64,000 bases of DNA from an uncultured Spirochaetota bacterium (GTDB taxonomy: Bacteria > Spirochaetota > Spirochaetia > SZUA-6 > Fen-1364). Shown in pieces: positions 39,601 through 49,790 of the stretch. A program made the translations under genes and the position numbers. The DNA lies in the NCBI GenBank assembly GCA_963781885.1, contig CAWAHW010000004.1:416001-480000 (forward strand). The letters run 5' to 3'. The notes under the pieces were generated by a model, which saw only the letters and a program-made list of their open reading frames with translations, was not told where the DNA came from and ran no database searches. Numbering within the stretch: position 1 is the first letter of the stretch; every line of letters starts with the position of its first letter.

Positions 39601-42273
39601 ATGAAAGCGATTGAGTTGAGCAAGGCCTTCGATCCGAAGAGCTACGAGGACCGCGTGTATGCCGCCTGGCTTTCCCAGGACCTCTTTGCCCCCGCCGCGG
39701 TTCCGCGGGATGGCGCGCAGAAGTTCGTGATCGTCATCCCGCCCCCCAACGTGACGGGCGTCCTCCACATGGGTCACGGCCTGAACAACTCCCTGCAAGA
39801 CATCGTCATCCGCTACCACCGCATGATCGGCAACGACACGCTCTGGGTGCCCGGGTGCGACCACGCGGGCATCGCCACGCAGCACGTCGTGGAGAAGGAG
39901 CTGAAGAAGCGCGGCACGAGCCGCACGCAGATCGGCCGTGAAAAGTTCATCGAAGAAACCTGGAAAGTCACCCACCGGCACCACGACATCATCGTCCGCC
40001 AGTTGAAGAGGCTCGGTTCCTCCTGCGACTGGGGGCGGGAGCGCTTCACCTTCGACGAAGGGCTTTCCCGCGCCGTGCGGGAGGTTTTCGTTTCCCTCTA
40101 TGAAAAGGGGCTGATCTACCGCGGGAACTACCTCGTGAACTGGTGCCCGTCGTGCCGCACCGCGATCTCCGACGACGAGGTGGAGCATACCGAGACGCGC
40201 GGGAAGCTCTATCACTACCGTTACCCGCTCGCGGACGGCTCGGGCTTCGTGACCGTCGCCACGACGCGGCCGGAAACCATGCTCGGCGACACCGCAGTGG
40301 CCGTGCATCCCGAGGACCCGCGCTATGCCGGCCTCGTGGGAAAAATGGTCGCGCTCCCCCTCACGGAACGGCAGATCCCGATCATTGCGGATGCGCAGAT
40401 CGACCGTGAGTTCGGCACGGGCGCCGTGAAGGTCACACCCGCGCACGACCCGGTGGACAACGAGATCGGCCGCCGGCACAAACTGGCGCAGATCAACATC
40501 CTCACGCCCGACGGCACCATGAACGACAACGTGCCGCAGAAATACCGGGGGCTGTCCGTGGCCAAGGCGCGCGCGGCGGTCATAGCGGACATCACCGCCG
40601 CGGGACTCTTCATCAAGGAAGAGGATCATTCCCACCAGGTGGGGCACTGCTACCGCTGCAATACCATCATCGAGCCATTCCTCTCGGACCAGTGGTTCGT
40701 GAAGATGCGGCCGCTCGCGGACAAGGCCCTGAAGGCATGGGAGGACGGAAAGATACGCTTCTATCCCCAGCGCTGGGAGAACACCTATTCGAGCTGGCTG
40801 CGGAATATCCGCGACTGGTGCATCTCGCGCCAGCTCTGGTGGGGCCACCGCATCCCCGTCTGGTACTGCGCCGACTGCGGCGAGATGACCGTGAGCCGGG
40901 AGGACCCCACGGTGTGCGCGAAATGCGGCAGCGCCAAGATCGAGCAGGACCCCGACGTGCTGGACACGTGGTTCTCCTCCGGCCTCTGGCCCTTTTCCAC
41001 GCTGGGCTGGCCGGAAAAGACGGCTGACCTCGCGCGGTTCTATCCCACGACCACCCTCATCACCGCGTACGAGATCATCTTCTTCTGGGTGGCCCGCATG
41101 ATCATGATGGGCCTGGAGTTCATGGGCGAGGTGCCCTTCCGCGACATCTACATCACCGGTCTCGTGCGCGACAAGCAGGGCCGCAAGATGTCCAAGAGCC
41201 TCGGCAACGGGGTGGACCCGCTGGACATCATCGACGAATACGGAGCCGACGCGCTGAAGTTCACCATGGCGTTCCTCGCCGCGCAGGGGCAGGACGTGCT
41301 GTTCGACAAGGAGGCGATGAAGCTCGGCTCGCGTTTCGCGAACAAGATATGGAACGCCTCGCGCTACCTCCTCATGAACCTCGAGGGAAGGACACTCCTG
41401 GATCCCGCGGCCATCGCGCGGACGGACATCGACCGCTGGCTGGGCCATCGCCTGAACGCCGCTGCCGGCGTGGCGCGCGCCGCCCTGGAAGGCTACCGGT
41501 TCAACGAGGCCGCGCAGGCCGTTTATGAGTTCATCTGGAGCGATTTTTGCGACTGGTACATCGAGGCGGCAAAGCTCTCCCTCAACGCGGATGACGCGGA
41601 GAAAGACCGGATCGTCACGCTCCTGCTCTCCTTCCTGGGAGAGTCGCTGAAGCTCGCTCATCCCTTCCTTCCCCTGATCACGGAAGAGATATTCCAGAAG
41701 CTCCCCGCCCGCACGGAGCGGGCGGCAGACAAGCCCGCGTCCATCATGGTCCAGCCCTACCCCGTCGTGGACCCGCTGCGCAACGACCCTGCGGCGGCCG
41801 CCCGGTTCGCCACCCTGCAGGATCTCGTGCGCGCCGTGCGGACGATCCGGGCGGAGTTCACCGTGCCGCCCGACCGGCGCATCGACGTGACGGTTGTCAC
41901 GGAGCCAGGCGCAGCGGCGAAGACGATCTTCGAGGGAGGCGCCGCGCTCATCGCGCACCTGGCGGGAACGCGCACCCTGCTTTTCCAGGAGCAGCGGCCG
42001 ACGGCTCCGGGGGCCCTGTCGGCGGCGGGCAAGGGGTTCGAGGCGTTCGTGTTCATCCGGGAAGCCATCGACGCGGAGAAGGAATCCGCCCGGCTCACGC
42101 GGGACAAGGAGAAGGCTGCCGGCGACATCCGCCGCATCAAGGAGAAGCTGTCCAACGCATCATTCGTCGAGCGGGCGCCGAAGGAGGTCGTCGACCGGGA
42201 GCGGGAGAAGCTGGAGGAGATCGCACGGCTGATCGACAAGATCGACGGCTACCTCCGCATGCTGGGGAATTGA
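39601..42273 (+). CDS. valS: Valine--tRNA ligase
   Basis: PPPNVTGVLHMGH, WCISRQLWWGHRIP, KMSKS, C-terminal coiled coil. Confidence 0.97.
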   Translation: MKAIELSKAFDPKSYEDRVYAAWLSQDLFAPAAVPRDGAQKFVIVIPPPNVTGVLHMGHGLNNSLQDIVIRYHRMIGNDTLWVPGCDHAGIATQHVVEKELKKRGTSRTQIGREKFIEETWKVTHRHHDIIVRQLKRLGSSCDWGRERFTFDEGLSRAVREVFVSLYEKGLIYRGNYLVNWCPSCRTAISDDEVEHTETRGKLYHYRYPLADGSGFVTVATTRPETMLGDTAVAVHPEDPRYAGLVGKMVALPLTERQIPIIADAQIDREFGTGAVKVTPAHDPVDNEIGRRHKLAQINILTPDGTMNDNVPQKYRGLSVAKARAAVIADITAAGLFIKEEDHSHQVGHCYRCNTIIEPFLSDQWFVKMRPLADKALKAWEDGKIRFYPQRWENTYSSWLRNIRDWCISRQLWWGHRIPVWYCADCGEMTVSREDPTVCAKCGSAKIEQDPDVLDTWFSSGLWPFSTLGWPEKTADLARFYPTTTLITAYEIIFFWVARMIMMGLEFMGEVPFRDIYITGLVRDKQGRKMSKSLGNGVDPLDIIDEYGADALKFTMAFLAAQGQDVLFDKEAMKLGSRFANKIWNASRYLLMNLEGRTLLDPAAIARTDIDRWLGHRLNAAAGVARAALEGYRFNEAAQAVYEFIWSDFCDWYIEAAKLSLNADDAEKDRIVTLLLSFLGESLKLAHPFLPLITEEIFQKLPARTERAADKPASIMVQPYPVVDPLRNDPAAAARFATLQDLVRAVRTIRAEFTVPPDRRIDVTVVTEPGAAAKTIFEGGAALIAHLAGTRTLLFQEQRPTAPGALSAAGKGFEAFVFIREAIDAEKESARLTRDKEKAAGDIRRIKEKLSNASFVERAPKEVVDREREKLEEIARLIDKIDGYLRMLGN

Positions 42274-43109
42274 GCGTCCCGCGCCAGGGCGAGCTCGCGG
42301 CCGGCCTCGCCGCCCTGTACCGCCGGTACAACCGCGCCTCCTTCATCCACCCCGACCCGTTGGAGATCGTCCGCGAGCACGAGGATCCGTGCGACCAGGA
42401 GATCGTGGGGCTGGTCTCCGCGTGCCTCGCGTACGGAAGGGTGGCCCAGATACTGGCGAGCGTCCGCCGCGCGCTCAGCGCGCTTGCCGGGCCGGATCGT
42501 GGCGCCGCCGCCGTCACGCCGCGCGCGACATTGCTCGCCGCATCGGATGCCGTCCTCCGCAGGCGTTTCGCGGGCTTCCGGCATCGCTTCACGACGGGCG
42601 ACGAAATGGCCGCGCTCCTCATCGGCATGCGCCGGGCGATCCGCGCGCACGGCAGCCTGGAGGCGCTCTTTCGGGCCGGCATCGCGCCGGACGACGGCAC
42701 GACCGTGCCCGCGCTCTCACGATTCGTGTCGCTGCTGAGGGGCTACGCGGGCGGCGCGGATGCCTGCGCAAGTCTCCTCTCCTCCCCCGGGGACGGCAGC
42801 GCGTGCAAACGGCTGAACCTGTATCTCCGCTGGATGGTGCGCCGCGACGCGGTGGATCCCGGTCCCTGGACGACGGTCTCGCGGTCCCTGCTCGTGGTTC
42901 CGCTGGATACGCACATGTTCCGTCTTGCCCGCGCGCTCGGACTGACCCGGCGCAAGCAGCCGAATCTGATAACGGCGTTGGAGGTCACCGCCGGGTTCGC
43001 GGTCGTGAGCCCCCGGGACCCCGTGCGCTACGATTTCGCCCTCACGCGCCTGGGCATCAACCCCGCCTGCACGGACGACGACATCCGCCGCCTCCTCGCG
43101 CGCGGGTGA
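42270..43109 (+). CDS. TIGR02757/DUF2400 family protein
   Basis: LAYGRV, SACKRLNLYLRWMVR, PLDTH, DPVRYDFAL. Confidence 0.88.
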   Translation: MSVPRQGELAAGLAALYRRYNRASFIHPDPLEIVREHEDPCDQEIVGLVSACLAYGRVAQILASVRRALSALAGPDRGAAAVTPRATLLAASDAVLRRRFAGFRHRFTTGDEMAALLIGMRRAIRAHGSLEALFRAGIAPDDGTTVPALSRFVSLLRGYAGGADACASLLSSPGDGSACKRLNLYLRWMVRRDAVDPGPWTTVSRSLLVVPLDTHMFRLARALGLTRRKQPNLITALEVTAGFAVVSPRDPVRYDFALTRLGINPACTDDDIRRLLARG

Positions 43110-43137
43110 ACGTCCGCGCCGACTCCTCCCGGGGGGC

Positions 43138-43172
43138 TTGACATTTTACTTCGATATAGTAATTTACTCTAT
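43138..43172 (+). promoter_or_regulatory. Promoter with putative MarR operator
   Basis: TTGACA at 43138; imperfect palindrome ATATAGTAA-T-TTACTCTAT over the -10 region. Confidence 0.55.
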
Positions 43173-43195
43173 CAAACCATTCGGAGGCTCGAACG

Positions 43196-43645
43196 ATGGA
43201 AAAAGAAGCCCTCGCGGCGCTCGCCCTCGACATCATGGGCAGGGCCGACATGCTGACGCTCGCCACGGCGGGCGGTGATCCCTATCCCCACGTCCGGGCC
43301 CTCTTCAACCTGCGCGACGCGAAGCGCTTCCCGGCTCTTGCGGCGTGGCAGGCGGACAAGGGTCTTTCGGTCTACCTCGGCACGAACACGTCCTCCCTCA
43401 AGATGCACGAAGTGGAGGCGGCCCCCTGGGTCAGCGTCTACTACATGATTTCCGCCGAGTTCAAGGGCATCTGCCTCAGCGGCCGCGCGGTCCCTGACGC
43501 CGCGGCCCGTGCGGCGCTCTGGGTCGACGGCTGGGAAATGTACTATCCGGCCGGCAGGGATGATCCTGACTTCTCCGTGCTGAGGGTCGATCCGATCCGC
43601 GCGCGCGGCTGGAACGCCGCGGCGGCCTTCGACCTCCCGTTGTGA
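43196..43645 (+). CDS. Pyridoxamine 5'-phosphate oxidase-like (general stress) protein
   Basis: LATAG..PHVRA, TNTSSLK, WEMYYPAGRDDPDF. Confidence 0.8.
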   Translation: MEKEALAALALDIMGRADMLTLATAGGDPYPHVRALFNLRDAKRFPALAAWQADKGLSVYLGTNTSSLKMHEVEAAPWVSVYYMISAEFKGICLSGRAVPDAAARAALWVDGWEMYYPAGRDDPDFSVLRVDPIRARGWNAAAAFDLPL

Positions 43646-44106
43646 GCCATTCGCCGGAAAGGTCCGTGCCCTCCTCTGCCGGAGGCTATCTTGTCGCCAA
43701 GGCGCACCAGATCGGCGGCAGGGTCTTCGCCCGGCTTCTCAAGGAGGAGGACGGGAAAGCGATAAACCCGGCCCAGGGCCGCATCCTCTTCGCCCTGTGG
43801 AAAAGGGGCGGTATGAGCGCCACCGCGCTGTCGCGGGAGACGGCCCTGGAGCCCTCGACGCTCACGAGCATGATCGACAGGCTGGAGGCGACTGGCCTGG
43901 TCAGGCGGACCCCTTCAGCGGGTGACCGCAGGGCCCTCGTCATCTCGTGCACGAAGGCAGGGGACGAAATGGAAGCGCGCTACGCGGCCGTCTCCGCGCG
44001 GATGGTCGCCCTCTTCTACAAGGGCTTCGGAAGGGCGGAAATCGTGGCGTTCGAAAAATCCCTCGGCAAAATCGTCGCGAACCTGGAGGAGGCGGAGCGC
44101 GCCTGA
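43642..44106 (+). CDS. MarR family regulator
   Basis: QGRILFALW, STLTSMIDRLE, DRR. Confidence 0.9.
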   Translation: MSHSPERSVPSSAGGYLVAKAHQIGGRVFARLLKEEDGKAINPAQGRILFALWKRGGMSATALSRETALEPSTLTSMIDRLEATGLVRRTPSAGDRRALVISCTKAGDEMEARYAAVSARMVALFYKGFGRAEIVAFEKSLGKIVANLEEAERA

Positions 44107-44229
44107 ACAGGCGCCGCGGCCCGCGGAAGACCGCAACCATCCGGGCGCGCGCGATTATCTCGACCAGATCGCGGCGCTGGGGGAGGCGGCCCTCCATCGG
44201 CTGAAGCGCTTCGTCGAGGTCGACAGCCC

Positions 44230-45222
44230 CTAATGGCCGCTCCCCGGCTGCATGACCCCATTATAGAGGTCGGGCCGGGGCGCCCCGTCCACGACGAGCC
44301 AGGCGCTGAGCCCCCGCTCTTCACCTCGCGCCATGGGCCCGACCGGGTTCACCCTTGCGCGCGACGCGGCGCCGCCGAGCCGGGTGAGCTGCTCGCTCAC
44401 CGTCCAGAGCCGCTCCACAACCGCGTCGTCCTTCGCGGCCGGGGGCGGCTCGATGGGCTTCTTCCTGTCAAAGTATTTCCCGGTCACGCCGGCGACCTCG
44501 GGAGAGGTGGCAAGATAGATCTCGGTTTCCGCGCCTTTCTCCGGCGGGAGCGCGAAGGACAATCGCTGGATGATGCGCAGCAAGACTCCGAAGAATCGGC
44601 CGTTATTCATGCCGAACCCCGTGGCGACGAATCCAGGATGCAGCGCGTTCGCCGTCACGCCGGTCCCCTGCAGGCGCCGGGACAATCCCGCCGTGAAAAG
44701 GATATTCGCCAGCTTGGACTGGGAGTACGCCCGCATGCCGGCATAGGCATGCTCACCCTGCAGGTCGTCGAAGTTGATGACGCCGCCGCGCGCGGCCATC
44801 GATGCGACGTTGACGATGCGGGAGGGAGAACTTGCTTTCAGCACGTCGAGCAGCAGGTTGGTGAGGAGAAAGGGACCGAGGTGATTGGTGGCAAAGGTCG
44901 TCTCCAGCCCGTCCACGGTCGTCCCGCGTTTCCAGTTGAGCGCGCCGGCGTTGTTCACAAGGACGTCGAGGCGCGTGTAGGTCTTCTTGAACGCATCCGT
45001 GAACCCACGGATCGATTCCTGGGACGACAGGTCGAGCTTCATGGAGACGACCGATGTCGCGCCGGACCGCGCCTTGATCTCCTCCACGGTCGTCTCGCCC
45101 CGGTCCAGATCCCGGACCGCGACGATCACCGTCATTTCCGCCGCCGCAAGCGCGTGCGCCGTCACCTTGCCGATGCCGCTCGTCGCGCCCGTGACGATGG
45201 CGACTTGCTTTTCACTCATCAA
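44230..45222 (-). CDS. Short-chain dehydrogenase/reductase (retinol dehydrogenase-like)
   Basis: TGATSGIG, NNAG, YSQSK; C-terminal ~40 aa may be spurious. Confidence 0.88.
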   Translation of the reverse strand: MMSEKQVAIVTGATSGIGKVTAHALAAAEMTVIVAVRDLDRGETTVEEIKARSGATSVVSMKLDLSSQESIRGFTDAFKKTYTRLDVLVNNAGALNWKRGTTVDGLETTFATNHLGPFLLTNLLLDVLKASSPSRIVNVASMAARGGVINFDDLQGEHAYAGMRAYSQSKLANILFTAGLSRRLQGTGVTANALHPGFVATGFGMNNGRFFGVLLRIIQRLSFALPPEKGAETEIYLATSPEVAGVTGKYFDRKKPIEPPPAAKDDAVVERLWTVSEQLTRLGGAASRARVNPVGPMARGEERGLSAWLVVDGAPRPDLYNGVMQPGSGH

Positions 45223-45309
45223 CGTCCTCCTGGCCTACAATATACAAAATCCCCGCGCGGTGGCCGCGCGTGCCCGCGCGTGGCGACATTGAGGTCGAGA
45301 GGAGTCCCC

Positions 45310-46740
45310 ATGACGGACGGACGATTCGCGCCGGTGACCGATTCGATTGTCCAGGAGCTCTGCACGATCTGCGGCGAGGCTAATGTGATTCACGGCGACG
45401 CGGCCCAACTGAGCCGTTATTCCCGCGACCAGGTGGCGGAGAGGCACTTCCACGTTTCACCCGACGTCGTGGTGATGCCCGGCAGCACGGCCGAGGTCCA
45501 GGCGATCGTCCGGTTGGCAAACCGCGAGCTGATTTCCGTCACGCCGCGCGGCGCCGGCAGCGGGCTGTCGGGTGGGGCAATTCCCGTCCGGGGCGGGATA
45601 TGTCTTTCGATGGAGAGAATGAACCGCATCCTCGAGGTGGACACCGCGAACCTCTTTGCCGTGGTGGAACCGGGCGTCGTGACAAACAGACTCGATGAAG
45701 CCCTCAAACCGCTGGGGCTTTTCTTTGCCGGTTACCCCATGAGCGAGGAGATCTGCACGATCGGCGGGAACGTCGCGCACAATGCGGGCGGCGGCAGGGC
45801 CATCAAGTACGGAGTGACGAAGCGCTACATCACCGGGCTCGAAGTAGTGACCGCAACGGGAGAGATCCTCACCCTGGGCGGCAAGCGGGTCAAGGACGTC
45901 ACCGGCTACGACTTGATCGGTCTGCTGGTGGGATCGGAAGGCACGCTGGGGGTTTTCACGCGGATAACGATCCGCTTGCTGCCCCGACCCCGGTACCGCC
46001 GGTCGCTGCTCGTCCTGTTCGACGGCGTGCGCCCGGCCATCGAGACCGTGCCGGCGATCGCCATCGGCGGGCGCATGGTCCCCGCATCGATCGAGTTCAT
46101 GGACCGCATCAGCTTCCAGGAGGCGTGCCGGAGCCTCAAGGAGAGCCTCCCCTACCAGAGCGCCGGCGCGGCGATGCTGTTGGAGTGCGACGGCTCCTAC
46201 GAGACGCAGGTCGGGGAGGAGTCGGCGCTGATGGAGTCCGTCTGCCGCGCGAAAAAGCCGATCGAGGTCCTTGTGGCGGAGACGGAAGCGGAATCGAACC
46301 GCTACTGGAAGATCCGCAAACAGGTGCCGTGGACCCTGAAGGCGCTCGCCACGCACAGCTCCGTGGAAGACATCGTGGTGCCCGTCAGCGAGATCCCCGC
46401 GATAATCGAAAGGATCATCGAGCTGGAGAAGGAATACGCCCTGAGGATCCCCGTGTTCGGCCACGCGGGAGACGGAAACCTCCACGCCACGCCTCTGAAG
46501 GACCCCGAGTCGACCGAGGCGCATTGGCACGAGCTGATCCCCCGGCTCCTCGCGGAGCTCTACCGGGAAACCGCCGCCCTCGGCGGCACCATCAGCGGCG
46601 AGCACGGCATCGGCAGCAAGCGGCGGCAATTCCTCCCCCTTGTGATGGCGGCCGGGCAGATCGACCTTTTGCGGAAAATCAAGACGGCGATGGATCCGAA
46701 CGGCATCCTCAATCCGGGAAAAATCTTCGACCCCGCGTAG
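45310..46740 (+). CDS. FAD-linked oxidase (GlcD/D-lactate dehydrogenase family)
   Basis: PRGAGSGLSGG, GSEGTLG, GHAGDGNLH, GEHGIG, NPGKIF. Confidence 0.9.
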   Translation: MTDGRFAPVTDSIVQELCTICGEANVIHGDAAQLSRYSRDQVAERHFHVSPDVVVMPGSTAEVQAIVRLANRELISVTPRGAGSGLSGGAIPVRGGICLSMERMNRILEVDTANLFAVVEPGVVTNRLDEALKPLGLFFAGYPMSEEICTIGGNVAHNAGGGRAIKYGVTKRYITGLEVVTATGEILTLGGKRVKDVTGYDLIGLLVGSEGTLGVFTRITIRLLPRPRYRRSLLVLFDGVRPAIETVPAIAIGGRMVPASIEFMDRISFQEACRSLKESLPYQSAGAAMLLECDGSYETQVGEESALMESVCRAKKPIEVLVAETEAESNRYWKIRKQVPWTLKALATHSSVEDIVVPVSEIPAIIERIIELEKEYALRIPVFGHAGDGNLHATPLKDPESTEAHWHELIPRLLAELYRETAALGGTISGEHGIGSKRRQFLPLVMAAGQIDLLRKIKTAMDPNGILNPGKIFDPA

Positions 46741-46764
46741 ATATCCAGCCGCGATCGACCTTCC

Positions 46765-47544
46765 TCAACGGGATTGCCGCGCCGCGCGCCACTCCTGGAG
46801 CACCTGCTTGTGGTCGAAAGCGAAAGCGAGCTGGTCGATCTCGTCGAGAGAAATGACGCGCACGTCTGCCGCGTCGTCTCCTGCCTTCGGAGTCCCCTGC
46901 GCGCGGGCGGAGAAGACCGTCGTGATGGTTTGGAAACGCGGGTCCCGCGACGGATCGGAATAGGTATGGAACTGCCGCAGATCCTGCAGCGCGAGTCCCG
47001 TTTCCTCTCTCGCCTCGCGGCACACCGCGTGCTCGAGGCTTTCGCCATAGTCAACGAATCCGCCCGGCAGGGCGAAGCCCAGCGGCGGGTTGCTCCTCTT
47101 CACGACAACGATTCCGTGCGGGAGCTCGATGATGGCGTCCACGGTCACGAAGGGTCCCCAGATCAGCACGTCCAGGAGGTGCCGCAGGTAGCCGTTCACT
47201 GTCCGGGAGAATGGCTCCCATGCATCAGCCGTCTCGCAGCACAGCACGATCCGCCGGGTGCGGGAGGTGCCGGCGCGCGCGACACGGATCGCTTCCTGCA
47301 CGGCGATCTTGCCGGCGGTGACGGCCGACATGCCGCCCTGGACGCCGAAGGCAGGCAGCGCGATGGATGCGGCGCCCCTCCCCTGCGCCTCCGCAATGGC
47401 CGCGGCGCAGGCGGCGCGCACCGACGACTCGTCCGGCTGGATGCGCTTCGGGTGCGAGGCCGCGTCCTCCCGGACGAATGCCGCCGCGCCCGCCTCAGCC
47501 GGCGCGCAGTGCTTTGCCTCTATCTCGACGCCACGGACGTTCAC
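46765..47544 (-). CDS. Nudix hydrolase fused to a partial macro-like domain
   Basis: SIALPAFG in N-half; Nudix box GGFVDYGESLEHAVCREAREETGL; RDPR; AGDDA. Confidence 0.8.
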   Translation of the reverse strand: MNVRGVEIEAKHCAPAEAGAAAFVREDAASHPKRIQPDESSVRAACAAAIAEAQGRGAASIALPAFGVQGGMSAVTAGKIAVQEAIRVARAGTSRTRRIVLCCETADAWEPFSRTVNGYLRHLLDVLIWGPFVTVDAIIELPHGIVVVKRSNPPLGFALPGGFVDYGESLEHAVCREAREETGLALQDLRQFHTYSDPSRDPRFQTITTVFSARAQGTPKAGDDAADVRVISLDEIDQLAFAFDHKQVLQEWRAARQSR

Positions 47545-47571
47545 CTGCTGCCCCCTTCCTGCGCCGACGAT

Positions 47572-48747
47572 TCAGCGGCGATACGCGCGAAGCACTTTCC
47601 TCACCGCCGCGACGCAGACCTCAGCATGCGACTTCTCCCACGTCGGGTGCAATGGGAGCACCACGGTCCTTGCGCGGACCGCTTCCGCGTTGCGGCACCG
47701 GCACGCCGCGCGCTCCCGGAAGACCGGCTCGTCGTAACACTCAGGCCAGGGGGTGCCGCACTCGGGGATGCCTTCCGCGGCAAGAGCCTGCCGTATCTCC
47801 TCGACGTCGCATGACAGTTTCTCCCGATCGAGCTGCAGGGGATATTTCCAGTAGGCGTTGCGCCGCTCGGGAGTGTTGAGCGGCAATGCAACGACGCCGG
47901 GGAGCTGCCCGAAGGCATGGTCGTAGAGCTTCGCGTAGCCGCGCCGCCTCTGGAGGTTCCACGCGTCCAGCCGCGCGAGCTCGTTCGTTGCGATGATCGC
48001 CTGCATCTCGGTAAGGCGGTAGTTGAATCCCACGCGCACGTGCGCCGCCCTGCCCTGCCCCTCCTGCTCGCGGCCGTAGTCGCGCAGGGTGCGGCACGCG
48101 CGGGCGACCTTCTCGTCGCCCGTCACCACCATGCCTCCTTCGCCGCCCGCCGTCACGTGCTTGCCCTGGGAGAAGCTGAAGCATCCGGCGTCGGCCAGGG
48201 TCCCGGCCTTCCTTCCGCCGAGCTCCCCGCCGACGCACTGCGCGCAATCCTCCACGACAGAAAGCCCGAGGCGGCGCGCCGCCGCCACGATCTTTTCCAT
48301 GTCGCAGACGATGCCGTAGAGGTGCACGGCGATCAGCGCGCGGCTGCGCGGGGTGACGAGCGGCTCAATGGCGCGCGGGTCGAGCGTCTGGTCGGAGGCG
48401 ACGTCGCAGAAGACCGGTACGGCCCCGGCGTGCAGGACGGCGAGCGCCGTGGAGGCGAAGGTGTGCGACGGGAGGATCACCTCGTCGCCCGGGCCGACGT
48501 CCAGCGCGAGCAGCGCCATGTGCAGCGCGGCCGTGCAGCTGGAGCAGGAAACGGCAAAGGGGGCGCCGATCCATTCTGCCCAGCGGGTTTCCAGCTCCGC
48601 GCAGCGCGGGCCCGACCATGACGCGACCCGGCCCGTCTTCAGCGGCTCCAGGATGTCGTGGAGCGTCCGTTCGGAGAACAAGGGCCATGGGGGGAACGGC
48701 TCGCGCGCCGTCTTCTCCCCGCCATGGAGGGCCAGCTCGCTGCGCAT
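47572..48747 (-). CDS. DegT/DnrJ/EryC1 PLP aminotransferase
   Basis: GDEVILP, VEDCAQ, FSFSQGKHVTAGGEGG; GGAGG RBS. Confidence 0.9.
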   Translation of the reverse strand: MRSELALHGGEKTAREPFPPWPLFSERTLHDILEPLKTGRVASWSGPRCAELETRWAEWIGAPFAVSCSSCTAALHMALLALDVGPGDEVILPSHTFASTALAVLHAGAVPVFCDVASDQTLDPRAIEPLVTPRSRALIAVHLYGIVCDMEKIVAAARRLGLSVVEDCAQCVGGELGGRKAGTLADAGCFSFSQGKHVTAGGEGGMVVTGDEKVARACRTLRDYGREQEGQGRAAHVRVGFNYRLTEMQAIIATNELARLDAWNLQRRRGYAKLYDHAFGQLPGVVALPLNTPERRNAYWKYPLQLDREKLSCDVEEIRQALAAEGIPECGTPWPECYDEPVFRERAACRCRNAEAVRARTVVLPLHPTWEKSHAEVCVAAVRKVLRAYRR

Positions 48748-48765
48748 GGTCACCTCCGTAGACCT

Positions 48766-48799
48766 GTCGCTCCCTTCCGCTCCCGGCGGAGTGGGCGAC
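48766..48799. repeat. Single copy of the hairpin element that is tandemly repeated at 50849
   Basis: CTCCCTTCCGCTCCCGGCGGAGTGGGCG versus CTCCTTCCGCTCCTGGCGGAGTTGGTG. Confidence 0.6.
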
Positions 48800-48906
48800 G
48801 TTGGATGTCGAGGGGCGCCGCGTGCACGCAAATGCGGCCGGGTACAGTGGCCGCAATGCACGAAAGGCGCCCGTTGTCGGGGCGTTTGTCTCAAGCCTGG
48901 CGCCCC

Positions 48907-48938
48907 AAAACAAGAAGGGCCGACGCGCGGTCGGCCCT
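48907..48938 (-). terminator. Intrinsic terminator
   Basis: Minus strand AGGGCCGAC-cgcgc-GTCGGCCCT followed by TCTTGTTTT. Confidence 0.7.
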
Positions 48939-48950
48939 GTCATGTTTTTT

Positions 48951-49715
48951 TCAGCCCGAAGCTGATCTCCACCACACGTAATGGGTGGTCTGCAGCTCCC
49001 GCTCCGACGGCATCGGGTAGTACAGCATGCCCTTGGCATCACCAAGGAAGAAACCGTCCTCCACCAGGCGGTAGGGGAAGTCGATCGGCGCCATGCGGTC
49101 CACGGTCTTCGTACCCTTGTGGGGGTCTTTCTTCAACTCCGTGATGCAGGATCTCAGGTGCTCGATGTTCTGGTACGGCAGGTCGCGCACGCTGCCCGTC
49201 TCAGGGTTCTCCGCGAGCTCGCCGAGCCGCAGCCCCGTGAAAAGGATCTTCGGTACGTGGATGCTGCGCTTGCTGTCGGTCATGAACGCGCAGAAGGCAT
49301 GTGGATCGAGGCTGCTCACGACGCGCGGCGCGACGGGGCAGATCTCCTGGTAGAGGCGGAAGCCATGGGGGAATTTCGGAAGCTCCTTCGAGGGGGCAAT
49401 CTCCAGAACGCGGCCGTCGCGCGTGGAGAGGTAGAGATTGCCGATTGCACTCAGCGGCACGTGCTCCAGCACGCGGTACACGGAGAGATAGACGGAGTGC
49501 TTCGGCTCACCGTTGGCATGGGGGACGCAGCGGGTGTCGATCTCGGACATCGGGAAGTAGTCGCTGGAGAAGCCGCGGTCGACGTTGAAGAACTGCGCCT
49601 GCCCACGGGACTTCTTCTCCATGCCGACGGCATAGTAGGCCCCGAAGTCCAGCGGTGTCAGCATCGATGCAATCAGCGCCTCGGGAATCGTCGATAGATA
49701 CAGATGGACTGCCAT
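48951..49715 (-). CDS. Hypothetical protein with apparent internal duplication
   Basis: GGAGG RBS, coding-like composition, own terminator. Confidence 0.75.
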   Translation of the reverse strand: MAVHLYLSTIPEALIASMLTPLDFGAYYAVGMEKKSRGQAQFFNVDRGFSSDYFPMSEIDTRCVPHANGEPKHSVYLSVYRVLEHVPLSAIGNLYLSTRDGRVLEIAPSKELPKFPHGFRLYQEICPVAPRVVSSLDPHAFCAFMTDSKRSIHVPKILFTGLRLGELAENPETGSVRDLPYQNIEHLRSCITELKKDPHKGTKTVDRMAPIDFPYRLVEDGFFLGDAKGMLYYPMPSERELQTTHYVWWRSASG

Positions 49716-49790
49716 ATGTACCTCCCGGACCGATAATACCGCGGCTTGGTGCTGAAAGCAATGAGAATGCGGCTGGAGGAGGCGGCAGCG

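Noticed and set aside
44107-44340. Small extra gene or remnant between marR and the SDR
   Set aside because: Protein-like fragment (RDYLDQIAALGEAALHRLKRFVE) has no credible start or RBS; unsupported
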